From assembly GCF_001949145.1 (NCBI RefSeq), contig NW_019091356.1, forward strand, positions 2,488,932-2,552,931: a DNA stretch of 64,000 bases, in the 5' to 3' direction. Under the pieces are notes generated by a model. It searched no databases, was not told the DNA's origin, and worked only from the letters and a program-made list of their open reading frames with translations. Of the stretch, positions 1-14,169 are shown in pieces; the stretch's first letter is position 1, and each line of letters starts with the position of its first letter. Source of the stretch: Acanthaster planci. Its lineage: Eukaryota. The translations under genes and the position numbers were made by a program.

Positions 1-2955
1 TATCACTTCAAATCTCGTTCTTTGGTCGGTTTGGATTACTTGATGTGATGTAGGCACACGCTCATATTGTTGGGTCCCAACAACTTTGCATCAGGATTGT
101 ATTCGTTAGGTCTTGTCTGATGTGTAGAGTTGTGACTGTGGCTCTTTTGCAACACTGCCCTCTAGTGGCTTGTGTTGGACATGAGGTACCCATTCCAAAG
201 GAAAGAATGCATTGTGTGACCATAGAGGGCAGTGCTCAGATTGCCCAATGTGATTTTCAAGATGACTGGAATCGCCGAGGTACCAATGTGACTGTTGCAT
301 CGGTTTGTGTGGGAGTTATGATACAAGTACTCTCCAGCTCAAGAAGATTGATTGGCAAACACAGTGTGCCAGATGGGCTTTTAAACAATAAGAAAGTGTT
401 CAACGGTGACTCATTCCCCTTTGATAAGAGTAGCTCTTGGCCAAGCTGCTTAGTATGTACATACTGAATTATTTTCTTGATTTCATTTACATTTAAATTT
501 TACGGCTGAGCTCAATTTAATCTGCTTTCTTACTTGGGTAGGCCAGCAAGCCCAACGAAATTTCAAGACCTGTTTCCGGTCTTGCCGTCACATGTCCATT
601 GCATAGTTAGCCCTGTTTTGATCTGAATACAGTGAGACACTCAGAACGTCTGGAATTCAGATTTCAATTGGGGAGCGAAAGAACTTCCTTCCCAAAACCA
701 TTTACCGTAGTATCGATGTCCACTTCCAATAAAAAAAATGCCAGCAAAAATGGGACAAAATGATGAACCCGATGATAACGGGTTTAATATCACAAAATAT
801 GGATCTCGTTGTTGTAAGCCAGACTGGCATCTTATTGCACCAGAGATTACGCTGACATAAATCAGTTAAATGATATTTGCCCCGCACATTACCAAGTTTA
901 ACGGTTAACCAGCTACAGCCTAAATATTTACAGAGAAAGATGCCACAGGACCGGAGGATGATACTCTCCTTCCAGGTGTCGGATCTCAATCATCCCGGGC
1001 AAACCACGCGCCGTCACGTTCCCCAGTAATTTGCGGGAGGGGGGGGCTTACGGTGAAATTTCCTCCCGGGTAATCAAGATGTATAATGGGGCTAAACTGG
1101 GTCTCTTTAACCCCGACCCCGGGATAGTCACGCATTGAATGCCAAATGACAGAAGGCCGAGAGAGAGAGAGGTTGAGAAAGTGAAGAGACCACATTCCCC
1201 AAGGCATATGGCTTCAATAAATTTGGTTGAAAGGGTTGGTTACGCAGGCACATATGTCCTTGTCCTAGCATGCTTTCTTTGAGCTTGTCAGCAACAGATT
1301 CTAACAGATTTTTAACAAATCTTTATTTTTTTTTTCTGGTTGCCTCCTCGCCTGTCTGTCCATAGGTTAGGGTACCAAAGCATTTGCTTAACCTAACACC
1401 TAAATGTTGTCATTTTCTTTTGAATATTATGTAACCATGATAATATTAATGATATTTATATTTATCTGTGACAAATGTACATTTGTGTATACGTCTAATT
1501 TGTGTCCACAATGACAACGTTGAATAAATGCCCTTCTCTAATCTAATTATAAAATTGTGTTATCAAAAAAGGTCGGAAGGTCAGCAAGTATTGAACTTTT
1601 CACAAGCAGTGGGTACTTTACATGAAATTTTGTTTGGAAATTTCAAATTTCAGTGGTGTTTTTTTTTTCTTGGCAGGCGCTTCCTTAAAAGTAAACATTT
1701 AATCTCGTAAATATTGTAGCACACAGCAGCACTCATGTACTGTACACTTTTGCTCGTGCCAGTTCTCATACTCAGTTAACTATGGAAGGGCTGCGTAGCT
1801 CCGTGATCAGTATATTGACAGGAATATAATATAAAATCTGTGCTCTGGGATACCGAAAACTTGGCAATCACATATTCCAGAGCACTGATTTCATGTTATA
1901 TTCTTCTCATACTCATTTACTGTTTTTCTGGACTTGTACTTGAGGCAATGTACTTTGGTGTTGTCTCTGATGTCACTCTTTTAAGTCAATTCCGCCCGTG
2001 AATGAACTAAATGAAGTTAGCGTGCTCTTTGCTTGTGACTGTTCTCTTGGAAAGGACGGACGTTCTGAAGGCAGAAATTGAGTGCTTTTTGTAGCACTTT
2101 GAAATCGGATCCACTCTTGGAAAAAGGAACAAACAATTACTGCTGTTGAACAAATTGAACTTTTTTGAATGAGTGCACAGTTATACCATTGCCTAAACAC
2201 TCTCGCAAGATTTGATTTTTTTTTTTCTTGAAAACAACTCTGAAACTTGATACTGGACAGGATGTCAGCGAATGCATTCTATGGCCTACACGTATTGTGG
2301 AACGGGATACCTGTCTCATGCAGCTCAAAGGCTTGATGCATCAACATAATGTTGATTGATTTGCAGGTTTCCATTTCTTGCAATTGACTGGAGGACAGGG
2401 ACTCTTTCCTTGGAAAGCGATCTCCGCTTCTTTTTGAGAGACGGCGCATTGTTGTTTGAATGAAAATTGATAGCTTCATCACTTTGCAGAGTTATGGAAT
2501 GTTTAGGCTTCCCAATATAAATGGAATGTTTTGTGCCAGTGTACAAGGTGCAAAAATAGATCAAGTTCTGTTTTAAATTACAATTTGATGTTTTTGTAAA
2601 ATATATGTGCTAAGGTACTGTGCATCTAGAGTTTACAATGTAGAAGCAGCTTTCCTCTCTGAGCAATCTTGACTCAGTGATAAACATGTAATCAAAGTTG
2701 AGAAGCAGAAAACTTAGAATTTTTGGCAGCCACGTTGTAGATGTTTTATAAGGTTCTCAGATTTTTTCTTGCCAGCTATGTTTACTCTGTCAGGGGCATT
2801 AGACAGACGGTACGTGGTGGTTCATCCAGGGGGTAACAAAATCCACCCATGATAATTGAACTGAAATTTTGACGGGCACCTGTGCGCAGACCCCACAAGT
2901 ACCTCCTACAAAGCACGAGGAGAAATATGTTATAGCAGGTTTCAGTCCATGTATA

Positions 2956-3021
2956 ATGATGGCTTTGTTTGCATCACCTGTTGATGAACGAATATTTATG
3001 AGGCGTCCTAGGTACACTAAG
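2956..3021 (+). CDS. MCC: Candidate alternative first coding exon of MCC: MMALFASPVDERIFMRRPRYTK
   Basis: 22 codons ending at a phase-0 donor AAG|gtgaga. Confidence 0.35.
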
Positions 3022-6000
3022 GTGAGAAACATGTTTGATTTTTTATTTTTTTAGGAAGACAACTTTGTTTGGCCTTACAGTTTCAAATTAAAATGAAAAA
3101 TTGTGAAAGATTGGGTTACAGTTCTGTGAACTTGGTCATGGGTAAAGAATTTTTTCTGCGGGAACTGAGGCAAGCAGGAAAGGAATCAGAGGCTTTAGGG
3201 ATTTGGACTTTGGAAAGGACATTCTTTTGCAATTCCCAAACAGGAAATATCACATCTCTTTGGCTATTGTCACAGGAAACAAATGTGTTATGAATCTACC
3301 CAAAGGGTCCCGGGTTGACAGGAGACAAAGAAAAATTCCATAAGGCAATAAAACAAGGCAAGAACCATCTCGGGGAGGTGAACTCAAATTGCTACTTCCT
3401 TGAAATTCGGCAACCCCAGATCGTTAAAGAGATTATCAGACTCCTACAGCCTCATGTAGCAGTTAAAAAAAAAAGACCGGCAATGGGATTTCTGAACCAC
3501 TGAACTGTTTGTCTCTCATTAAAAGGGAAATTATGATAGGCCGGATGGTCACGGGACAGGAAATTCTCCATGGATCAGTGGTGTGTGTGTGTGTGTATGT
3601 GGGGGGGGCTTTTAAGGATCCTCATTGTGTGGGGGTATTTGTTTAGCCGGCGCTGGGGCAGAGAATTGCGGTGATTGCGTTGGCCTTTTATGGAAAGGGA
3701 AAGAGAGAGAGAGGGGGAAAAAAATCAGGTGGGGAGAGGGAGGTGAAGTGGAAGGTTGATTGTCACACTGAGGCACGGTTTCGGAAGGGTTTGGCCAGTC
3801 GGTGTTATCACAGCGGCTGGAGGAGGGGAAGCAAACGCCCGGCAGATTGTAATATTCACGGCTGGGTGATTGACGGCACCATCGCCATCTCTTGCCGGTG
3901 TCAATGTGTGAAGTTATTCGATGCCATTGACGAGGCGGAATCTAATAGCCAGACTCTCATTAGGATCGGGTTTAGAACCACGGGAAAGATGAGGCATCAG
4001 AGTAGCATCGTGTTGCCGGCTCTGTAGAACTGTATGCATGCTTCACTGTACAAACTGGACCAGTTTACAGCCATCTTCACTTCACTGGACTTGACATAGT
4101 AGTTGACATTGAGAATGTACATTCATGTATGTTATGTGTGGACAGCTAAGCGGAGAAATTTTACTGAAACGGTCTATTTTATTGGACAACTCCGATATTG
4201 GTAACCTGAGTTTTGATGGCTGTTTCAACAAGCATGCGGCTGAATGCCAACTGACTCTGTGTGCGCAAGGAGACACAGGCGGTTAATGCACTCAGCACAC
4301 CCGCTCTCCCTTCTCACTCATTGAGGGACGATCTCGTGACAGACGGCATCCTGCGAATCACTTAAAATATCTGGCTCATCTGGGGGCTGCTATGTCAAGC
4401 CGTGGTCCCTGCTGGGAAGATAGTTCAGCCCTGCGACTTGATGAAATGTCGTCAAGTCTCTTATCTTCCCATCCCCCCCTTCCCTTTGCATGCAGAGACC
4501 ACAGATCCATCTTCCCTCCGTTAATGGGAGGTCAGAGCTGACGAGAGACAACAGGAGTGTGAAAAGAGTCAGGGAGGTGCCTCGGTAGCTGGGGAGCTGT
4601 GATCACAGAGTCATCGTCACTCGTTCAAACACGGCATTAGGAGGGTTTAGAAGGAAGAGATCTGTAATCAATGAGGAAAATTTTGCAAATGGTAGAGGTC
4701 ACTGCACAGACAATTTGATGAGCACGTTTGGACTGAATTGGGAGGAGCCGTTGCCACAGTAACAGGCAGCTTTTTTTCCCTCATCCATCCTCTAAGGAAT
4801 TTCTCCTTTAGCTTCCAGGTGGAGTTCTGGAGATGGACACAGGGGCCGATCGGAATATTGATGAAACAGAGACTGCATCATCAATCTGCTGCTGAGGCTA
4901 ACCTTCAAGATGGCTTTTCCCAGATGACAAGAACATCTTAATTGATGCAGATGTGTGTACTTTTGATGAGAAACACCCAGAGAGAGAAGAATGTACTCAC
5001 TGCACAATATTGTACTTGCTCAGTGTACTGTCTGTCGAGGCACTCGTAATGTACCTGCACTTTTCACCGATGGATGTGAGCTTTTTAAGAATCCATTGAG
5101 CAGTGCAGCTTGGTGGACAGACCGGGAGAGCGGATAGAAAGAGCTTCATCTGTCAGCTGATGCACCGGGTAAGTGGCTCTGGTCTGCCGACCAAAGCTGG
5201 TGATGTGTTGTGTTAGGCACTGCCGGGAACATTGGCACCATCACACGAACATTGCCACTAACGCGATAGGCCCAGGAAGGCTTAGTCATTAGCAGACAGC
5301 TAATGACAAACCACTTAGCATTCTGCGAGGGGGAAATCTACAGTGTACGTGCACCGCAAAAGCTCACTGATCGTGTCAGCGTCAGCCAGTGTGGCAGTCT
5401 TGTTTCTCTCGCTTTGTGGGGTACTGACGAAGAGCCCAACTGCAGGGTTTTTTTGTTTGTTTGTTTTTAAGTTTGGATTTAGACCATATCGTGTACACAT
5501 TGGATGGATTAATTGACGGAAGGAACAAAAACGCTACAGTGTATTGGCTTTTCCTGTGATGCACTTCCATTCCGGCTCAGTTGAAACTGACTTTCTGGCC
5601 CTCCGGTGGGGCATCACAACCTCTCAAACTTCCCCAAGGAATCATAATAATAACGGCCGATACCTTAGACCACAAAGACCGCATGTGCACTCTGTGTTTG
5701 TGTATGTCCCATCCTGTTAGCATTTATCAGCGTTGAGTGGTGTAGACGTGCTGTGTGTCGTGGCTTGCCCGATGCAACAACTTGTGACAGAGAGAAAGAA
5801 AAAACTCATGTTTCTACATTAATTGTTGGCTCAGCAGTCGGCTTGTATAAATTGCAGGCGGGACATCTGACATCGGAGTATATCGACACCTGTGTGACGT
5901 AGATAAAGAGAAAAATTTACGTCTTGTCAAGGCTTGGCTGTGTCTGTGGGTGCCTGTTGTGGCCAGTTTGTTTACCAAGGAGGGGAATGGTTTGATGCCT

Positions 6001-6060
6001 GTGGAACTTGTGCAAGTTGTGCTTGACCTGTTAAACCCAGATCGGGATTAGTTACCCAGA

Positions 6061-6129
6061 ATGGCGAATGTCAACAGTGGTAATGTGTGCCCGACAGCAC
6101 AGAGGACAACACGTACCAATGCAGACATG
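6061..6129 (+). CDS. MCC: Candidate alternative first coding exon of MCC: MANVNSGNVCPTAQRTTRTNADM
   Basis: Strong start context agaATGG, 23 codons, phase-0 donor ATG|gtaagg. Confidence 0.35.
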
Positions 6130-9100
6130 GTAAGGCAGTTGTACAGTGTGTATTTATAAATACTTCCTCCCTCGTGGGTCAAGCTTATTTATTTAGAAAA
6201 GTTTCACTTTCTTGTGTTTCGGTGTCGCTGAACATTTTTTTTTCCTTCTGGTGTTTTGTAGACTGGAGCATACACGTAATGCTCTGCTTTAACTCGTGGA
6301 TCTTTATGCAGGATGAAAACAGATCTTATGTAGACCATACACATAACACAGTAACCAAGGCATGCAAGAAATTGTCTCATAAATAGTATTTTTTTGTACA
6401 GGGGGAAAGTTCTGTTGCTTCTGGAGGAATAAACAAAATACATATTAAGGTTGAGTTTGGTCTGTGAGATTGAACAGGACACTAAAAATAATCTTTGTCA
6501 AAACCAAATTCCTGTGCTCTGCTTAAATGTAAGTCAGTAACTTTCCTTGGGTCAATTTCCATATTTGATCTTGCCTAATTGGCTCATTGCAATAAACATT
6601 GTGAGCGTCTGCAGGCTGACCTATGAATACATCTCTCCCCCCCTCCCGAATTCACGTCAGAAATTTTGACAGACGTCGCTCTCGTTGTGTACAGTTGTGA
6701 CGCTTGGCAGATACAAGCTGACCAGAGCGTTTATCTACTAGCCCCTGAAGAAACTGAAGAAGTGGCAGGTACTCTCTTGCCACGGTCATAATTCAGATGG
6801 AAACATACGGGAAAGATAGGGGAACCAGTCGTTGGAAATTCCTAGCATGTGTTGGATAAAGTTCACAGCATTGCCTGAGGAATTTGCTATTTTTTCTCTA
6901 CTTATCTGTCAATCAGATTTTCTAAGCTTTTTTTTTTCTGTTACCTGAAATTCCTTCTGTTCCAATCTGAGGTCATTCCTTGTGTTTGTTATTGTTCCAA
7001 GTTGAGGCATGCTAATGATTAAACTTGAAGTCTTAGAACTCTCCAGGGAGGGAGGAAATGGCCAGTAAACTTACACATCTCATTCATTTGAAGCGAAGGG
7101 GCTTCAGTTGGCCAGTTTCTCTTGAGGTTTTGAAAAATCGGCCTCACTCCAACTTGGTGAGCAAAGAAGCTATTAGCTCAAATTTTGTTGGACATGTGCA
7201 GTAAATTCCTACCTCTTAATCTGACAACATAATCAGCTCCTGCAGAAATCCCACCGGCAAATTTCTGTACGAACATCTTTCTATTAGAGACATATGTGTA
7301 CATGTATACAATACATGCCCTGTACGTTTTAATGCATTTGAGCATTAACTTTCTCAGTTGATGTACCAGAGATTCAACTTATATTCTTTCACTACTTAGT
7401 CCAACCAACTGTTACAGGTCTTGGTCATTTTTTTCTCAACTTTTGAAAGAAAATGGAGATGAGAAATATGTTGTTTTTTTCTTGTATAGTTTTTCGAGAT
7501 TTCATGCAGTGTACAAATAATGGCATGAAAAGTATGTGGCAAAAAACAATGAAAACTCAACCAGCATTTCCTATTTGAAACAAAAACTTACCATGTGGTA
7601 GTCATTTAGCCTTGGTCGTTCAAATTCATCCTGGCTGAAATGCACTTTGAAGGTCATCAAAACTAATGGCGACAATTGCATACAAATGGCATATTTATAA
7701 TTGATCACAGCAAGTCTAGATTGATCTCAACGAGGCTTTGGTCACCTTCAGAGTACACTTCTGTTTTGTTTACAGGTCATGCAGTGCAGCCAAAATTATT
7801 TTCAAATCAGCTTCCTTCTTTTTTGGGGGGGGATGCCAAAACATTTAGAATCTGGGCAAAATTTAAAAGGATCCATCTGTAGCTCATTCATGTGCAAGAA
7901 TTGTTTTCAGTCTTTAGACTTTACCTTTTATACCCTTCTCTCCCTCCCTCCCCATCAGGAAAGTATTTGTTACATTCCCCGATGTTTGTTCATATCCTAA
8001 TCCTTAGAACCAGATTCTAGATTTAAACACCCCTACCCCCTGACTGTAGAGCAAATATTTCATGGGATTTTTTTTGGGGGGGGTGTTGCACATGGACACA
8101 ATTGCATTGTACTTTGGGTTTGGTTACGCCAGTACCTCCCACTATTGACTTGCTGTTTGTGGGACCGCTTCACAAATATTGCCTCGCGCGATCTCTCGCA
8201 GACTCATTTGAGAGTGCAGACGCAACTCACAGGGGGAGAAAAATGAGAACGTAATAATGCCGGCTCCAGAGCGGATGCCGCTTTCAACTTGTACATTTTT
8301 TTCCCCTTTAAAACAGCATGACTCATCCCCAGTGGAGTTGCCATTGAAAATGTACATATTTCTGGGTTGTACTATTATTATCATTTGTACAACCTGAGTC
8401 AGAGCCCAGATGGAGGCATAATCCAAGCCGATGGGGATGTCGGTTGTTACACGGTGACCTCAAAATGCACACAGATGGCTTCATAAGTACTGACATGTTA
8501 CACATGCATCCCTGTTGATCCAAAAGAGAAAGTGGGGGGGGAATATTAACGTCTGTCTGCCAGAGATCTCATTAGTTAATTCGGTTACTCATTTTGACTC
8601 CTGAAATCTCATGAGTAAAAAAAAACAGTTCCAACAGTCATTGATTCTAAGCAGTCGGAATGACTGTTCCTTGAAATCTATTTGAAAATTTAATTGACAG
8701 AAAAGTACCTACCAGTACAACCGCACTTCAGCAAATGTACGTGTACATGTGTGCACTTCAGTATGACCTCTGGAAGTCTTGACCCAATTGAAGCTTCATT
8801 TGCCTTGATGTTCCTTTTTCCGTCTGATTAAATGAGAGGCAATTTGAGACAACCAACACAAGCCATGTAAGCCCCGAATCATTTCAATTTTTTTTGTCTT
8901 ATAATAATGGACCTTAAACTCCTAACAAGAGCCGGCAATTAAATGTACCTGTATTTGGCACAAAGGTGTCATTCGAAATTTTAAACTTTTCATTCAACCT
9001 CGACTAAGGGTAACAGTTTTTCATTGGAGTCCTCGTGCAAAAGTCGACAATGAGTACACATTTAACGATTGTGTCACTCCAAAGGTATGCTGCTGCAAAA

Positions 9101-9543
9101 TAAATATGTGACTTTAATTCCATATTCACTGCAGCGGTCGAGAATGAAACCCAACCCCAGCCTCTGCAGGTACATGAAAAACAAACAAGGAGAAAGAAAA
9201 AACAGTGGGCAATTGACCCCCCCTCTTAAGAAAATGATTTGTGTGGTTTGATGAGTGTGTGAGCTGGCCAGGTTTTGAGAGACCCATGACGGATGGAGAT
9301 TCCGAGGATTGATGACCTTTCAAATTGTTGAGCGTGTCTTTCTGTCCATCCCTGGCTCAGGATATGCTGGTTGGTGCATCATAAAGTAGTAGGCATTATT
9401 GAGAAAGTTGAAGTTGTTGACATTCCTCATCATCTGCCTGTTAGTTGATTTGCCGTGCCTGAGCCAATCAGAGAGGAAAGATGTCTCAATTTTATCAAAT
9501 ACATGTATGATATATTATTTCCCCTATTCAATGCAGACTTAAA

Positions 9544-10003
9544 GGCTAAGTTTGGGCGGCGTGTTCCCGTATGTTCACGAACAGCTCGATTTGTTGTTAG
9601 TGGGTCGGCCGTTCGAACGCCGGGAACAAACAACCGGTTATTACAAGCAACATGCAACATGGCGGCGTCCATGTACGTTATTCGAAAGTTAAGGTTTGGA
9701 TGGGCTGAATTCTTTTCTATATAAACAGGAACATTCATTTCTGTGTTTCGGAAAATAATTAATGTTAATTTTGCAAAACTTCCTATTGTCTATATGGTCT
9801 ATGGCTTTGGAAGCCATCTCTCTACTTTTTGCAGCTGTTCAAAAATAAAAAATCTCACGAGTTTTTCCTTGTGTTCCTGTTAAACCCTGACGAGGAGGTG
9901 GTGTGTGATCCTGTTCCGAGAACAGTGTTCTTGAGTCGTGTTCCCACCGTTCGAGCGCGAGAACAAGAAACCCGCGTCAAGAACGGGCCACCCGAACTTG
10001 ACC
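9544..10003. mobile_element. Putative CpG-rich MITE with degenerate TIRs
   Basis: GGCTAAGTTTGGGCGG vs right-end reverse complement GGTCAAGTTCGGGTGG; AAA on both flanks; GTTC/GAAC-rich subterminal regions. Confidence 0.5.
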
Positions 10004-13000
10004 AAAGGGACCACACAAAACATGAAATTGTACCTTTGTGTTTCTCTTTAACCTTATTTTCAATTTCAGCTGCTGAATATTGGCTGTTATTAAAACTATG
10101 GAATGGAATTAATAAAGGAGACTACCAACATGTGGGGCTCAAACTACGATTCACCAACACCACCGTAATTGTGTGGTGGTTGATTTCAGCGATGGACTGG
10201 TCAAAATACGAATCACTTCAAGCCACAGTGCTGAACTTTTTATTTGCCATGAGGGTCATTTATGACGTGTTACCCCATGCTCTTAATACGGTCAGCGATG
10301 TCACCAAATGTTGCACAGATTGCTAAAGACAAGAAATCCCATTGAAGTGTCTGGGGTTTGAAATTCGAGTCGACATTGTACTGTACATGTACCACCACCA
10401 GTAGCTGGAGGACTTGGACCCAGGGATTAGCTTCTGTTTCTGATTGGGCTGAATGTACCCATCATTCCAAAGTACAAAGTGCCTCCCCTTAGGCATTCTC
10501 TCCTGGGGCATGTACCCCCCACAATAAAGTTCTTTTTTTTTTTCCTGCTTAAATAAAAGTGCAAAGCACACCAAATTATTGTTATTTTGTTTCTCAGAAA
10601 GGCAACTGAAAACAAACTTCCCCGTTTCACCTCCTGTCCTGTCCTCTCCCCTCTGCTCTTTAATTGTGGCTGGGGGATTTTACGGTCGGCTGGACAACTC
10701 TTATGGTGGTCATAATCGAGCGGAGCCTAGTTTTTCCCCCCCATGCTCGTTGGACCGTTTCTTCGTCTGTTCTTGTTGCGGTTTGAGATTAACCCTCAAT
10801 GGGCAAAGTGGATTTCCGGTGAGGTCTGAATGAAGGGGAGTCCGGTTGGGTGAGGAAGTGTGTGTTTTTTAAAACAGATTTCTTTCTTCGAGTGTGAATG
10901 CGAGAAGTAGGGATTTGTCATTTCTTTCTCTGTCTTTTTCTTTTTTTCTTTCTTTCCCCCTTGTCCTTCTCACACCTGTAAAAACATTTTTGTGTTGACA
11001 TTCGACTCAGCCTTATGCCAACATGTAGACGCTGGAATACTGGACGCACTTTCTGTGTAATTAATTGAAATGCGTGTGTGAACTTTTTTTCAAAATAAGA
11101 AAGTTTTCTCCTGAATTACAAAGATAACCTAAGCATTCTATCTGGATAGAAAAGGGAACTTTCTTTATTTTCCATCACATCAAAATAATCTACAGCCAAT
11201 CTTAATTTTGTAGAATAAATGCTCAAATGTGCACCTGTCACCTCTTGGAGCTATTCTTTGTAAGGATTTCTGTTTCACAACAAACATAGTTGCGAGACCG
11301 AGTTTTTTCATCAAATAATTGTGCGCAGAAGAGCTCTTCACTATACGTTCATATTCGGGCACAATTCTCATTTTCAGACACTCGAGAAAAGACCCATATG
11401 ATGTCACAGAAAGAGAAGTAGGTCAAATAGGAGCCCACTTGCAACATTTAATGAAAGTGTCCATGGGGCGTTCTCAACACTTTGCATCCATCTCAGTGCC
11501 TTTGCCCTAAATTTGTCGCCTTGCGGTGGAAAGCAAGGAGGCAGTCCCATAAGAAAAAATTTAAAAATCCAGGTTTTTTGTTTGGGGGGGGAGGGAAAGA
11601 GAGGAAGAGGAAGGTAGTATTCTTTCTGAACCGCTGACTGACGAGGACCCCCGGCGCGCAGCAACTCACCTGCTGGGCCGTGCTCAGAGAAACCCTTAAT
11701 GCACTTGTGAATAATGCACGGTGAAATGTGGCACGAGAGGCGGGGAGTCGTCCTGTATTAGGATCACGCTCGACTTACGGCTAGTAAGGCTCGAGGTGGT
11801 TGACCTCCCATTCATCTCGTAGCAAGTACATAGCGTTTGCCAGCACACAAGATGGAGACATTAAAAAATACATAGAAAAGATCCTGCCTCTTTTTTTCCT
11901 TTATATTCCTGAATACTTGTAGTTTCTTTGTAGTGTTTTTTTTTTTCAGGTGAATTTAGTTATTTATTAGAATCGGAGATTTTTTTCTGCTGTGACTAAA
12001 AAGCTACATTTATCTTGCATTATCCCCTGGAGCAATATTTACACTACCTTCCGTTTCCAAGGTTTTGTGGCATTGCTACCATGGACGCCGACTGCTTCTC
12101 AATAGTCTGAAGGTGGGAGAATTGTGGGTCATTAGAGACCAGTGGACTTCACGGCCCCTGGGTTAAAATCAGGTCCATGCTTAAATAATTTGTTTTGGGG
12201 GGGAGGGACATCCCGACTGTCACCGACTGATACCTGTGAATGAGACCATTACTACTAGTACTGTGATTATCAGGGAGACTGTATGGTTTTTATGTCATGT
12301 GCTAAGCACCCTGATGCAAATATGATGGCTGACTGGGAGACCACTGTTGGCCCTGAGCGGACCAAGAGAGGGCGCAGTTTTCCCTAGCAATAGATGCTTG
12401 TTTAGTGGGCGTTGTATTTCGCTGGTTTACAAAAATGCAAGCAGTGGGTTGCAACGCTACCAACAAAGTGAACTCTCCCCACCAACAAGACTCTTGTCAA
12501 CCGACGAGGGGGTGCTTCTGCTCAAGGCAGACACACCGTCATAGGGTAGGTTGGCTCAGTTGCTATCATGTCGGAAAGCTCAGTTTGATGTATTGGAGGT
12601 GCATGATTTAAATCAGTTGCTGTCATTTCTTTAATCAGGAAAAAGAAAAACATTTGTAGGTACGACAGAAACATTTGTAGGTACTGTGTTTTGGGTTTGT
12701 ATGTTTCTCTTGTTTTGTTTCAGTAGTGTGCGTTGATTTGGTGGGGGGTGGGAATGGGGTAAGTTTCTTAACAGCATTTGAAAAATTAGCAAGATATTTT
12801 TATCTTAAAACATCAATGCTGCTGGTAAGCGTCACTTTTTAAGCAGGTGCACGTGCCATTTTGCCATTGCTGAGCATATATTTCTCAGCCCAGGATACCA
12901 GTGACCCTCATCAGGTTACGTCATCATCCGAAGTCCCCCTACGCCCCTAATTCATCCTGACATTTATATCCTGTCCCAAATTAGCCTCGCTCCTCCCCAA

Positions 13001-13560
13001 GCTCACTCGCCCCTGACTCTTAAACCCTCGATGAGTGGCTGGACAACAAAGAGTTGACTGGTATTCTGCTCTGTTGAAGCGCTCTGTTCCATGATGATTG
13101 TACGTACTGGTCGGTGGCTCTGCTGAGGCTCAGTGCGGGGGGTGGGGGAATAAGTGTTAGTCTACTGAAATTTTCACAAATTGAATCCGGGGTTTAATCC
13201 CATTAGTGCGTGAATCATATTGTAGATGTGATTGGATTTTAAACCAAAGTTTCTAGTGAAATCAACAATTGTGATCTCTGGCTGTACCACTGGTTACCGG
13301 TAGCCAGCAACTGACCGAGGTACCTTTACAAGATTTCTGCTCAACCACGTTATAGCTTTGTTCTTTTTAATTCGGCCTTGTCTGCCCTTTAACATTAATT
13401 ACGTATTTCAAGATTTACTAGAAGATAAACATCAGGGAGGTGTTGATTTTTAATTACTGGTTTGAATATACGTCGGTGTTAGGGCAAAACCCGTAATTAA
13501 AAAATTAACTATGTATCTGGTAGAACATAACCCTTCACCAAACTTCACAATCACTAATAA

Positions 13561-13801
13561 GGCTGCATCCAAATCTGTTGTCTAGAGCTAGGTCTAGGTC
13601 TCCACGCCATTAGAAATGCGTAGAGACGTACAGACAATAGGCCTAGCCGTAACTCTGGAATCCCATTTCAGACACGGCCGGAGGCTGCATCCAAATCTGT
13701 TGTCTAGAGCTAGGTCTAGGTCTCCACTCCATTGGAAATGCATGGAGACGTACAGACAATAGGCCTAGCCGTAGCTCTGGAATCCCATTTCGGACACGGC
13801 C
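13561..13801. mobile_element. Tandem dimer of a 119-bp PIF/Harbinger-like MITE
   Basis: Units 13561-13679 and 13683-13801 are near-identical. TIRs GGCTGCATCCAAAT / ATTTCGGACACGGCC; TAA on both outer flanks (13558-60, 13802-04). Confidence 0.85.
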
Positions 13802-14169
13802 TAAGCCTTTTGCGAGGTAAATATGAAAAAATCTGGTACACTGAGTTATCTGATTGCATACATGTATAAACATAACAATTTGAATTCCCCAGACTAAAGA
13901 CACTGTTGCTATACCTCGTGATTTGGGGTAAGCTTTTGCATAGCAACCACCATCTCTGGAAAGGACTGATTCCCTTTGTGCCCTTCTTGTCCACGGAAAA
14001 CAGTGTATTGGTGCAAGGCATGTCTTATGTAACTGAGCAAAAGCTTGCCCTGAATCACAAGGTATAGCAACAGTGGCTTTAGTGTGGAGAATTCAAATTG
14101 TTATGTTCATGAGAATTGAAAGAACTGGGTGTACCAAATTGTATTGAAATTAAACTTGCCAAAGGCTTA
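13802..14169. mobile_element. Foldback / MITE with imperfect inverted arms of about 140 bp
   Basis: Left arm taagccttt...aacataacaatttgaattccccagactaaagacactgttgctatacctcgtgatt...aagcttttgc is matched in reverse complement by about 14036-14169. Confidence 0.85.

Noticed and set aside
9829..10326. 165-aa ORF
   Set aside because: Non-ATG start, overlaps a putative MITE end, no recognisable domain.
13561..13801. CRISPR-like or prokaryotic repeat/defence system
   Set aside because: Only two units with no spacers; the window is spliced eukaryotic DNA with no cas or other prokaryotic genes.
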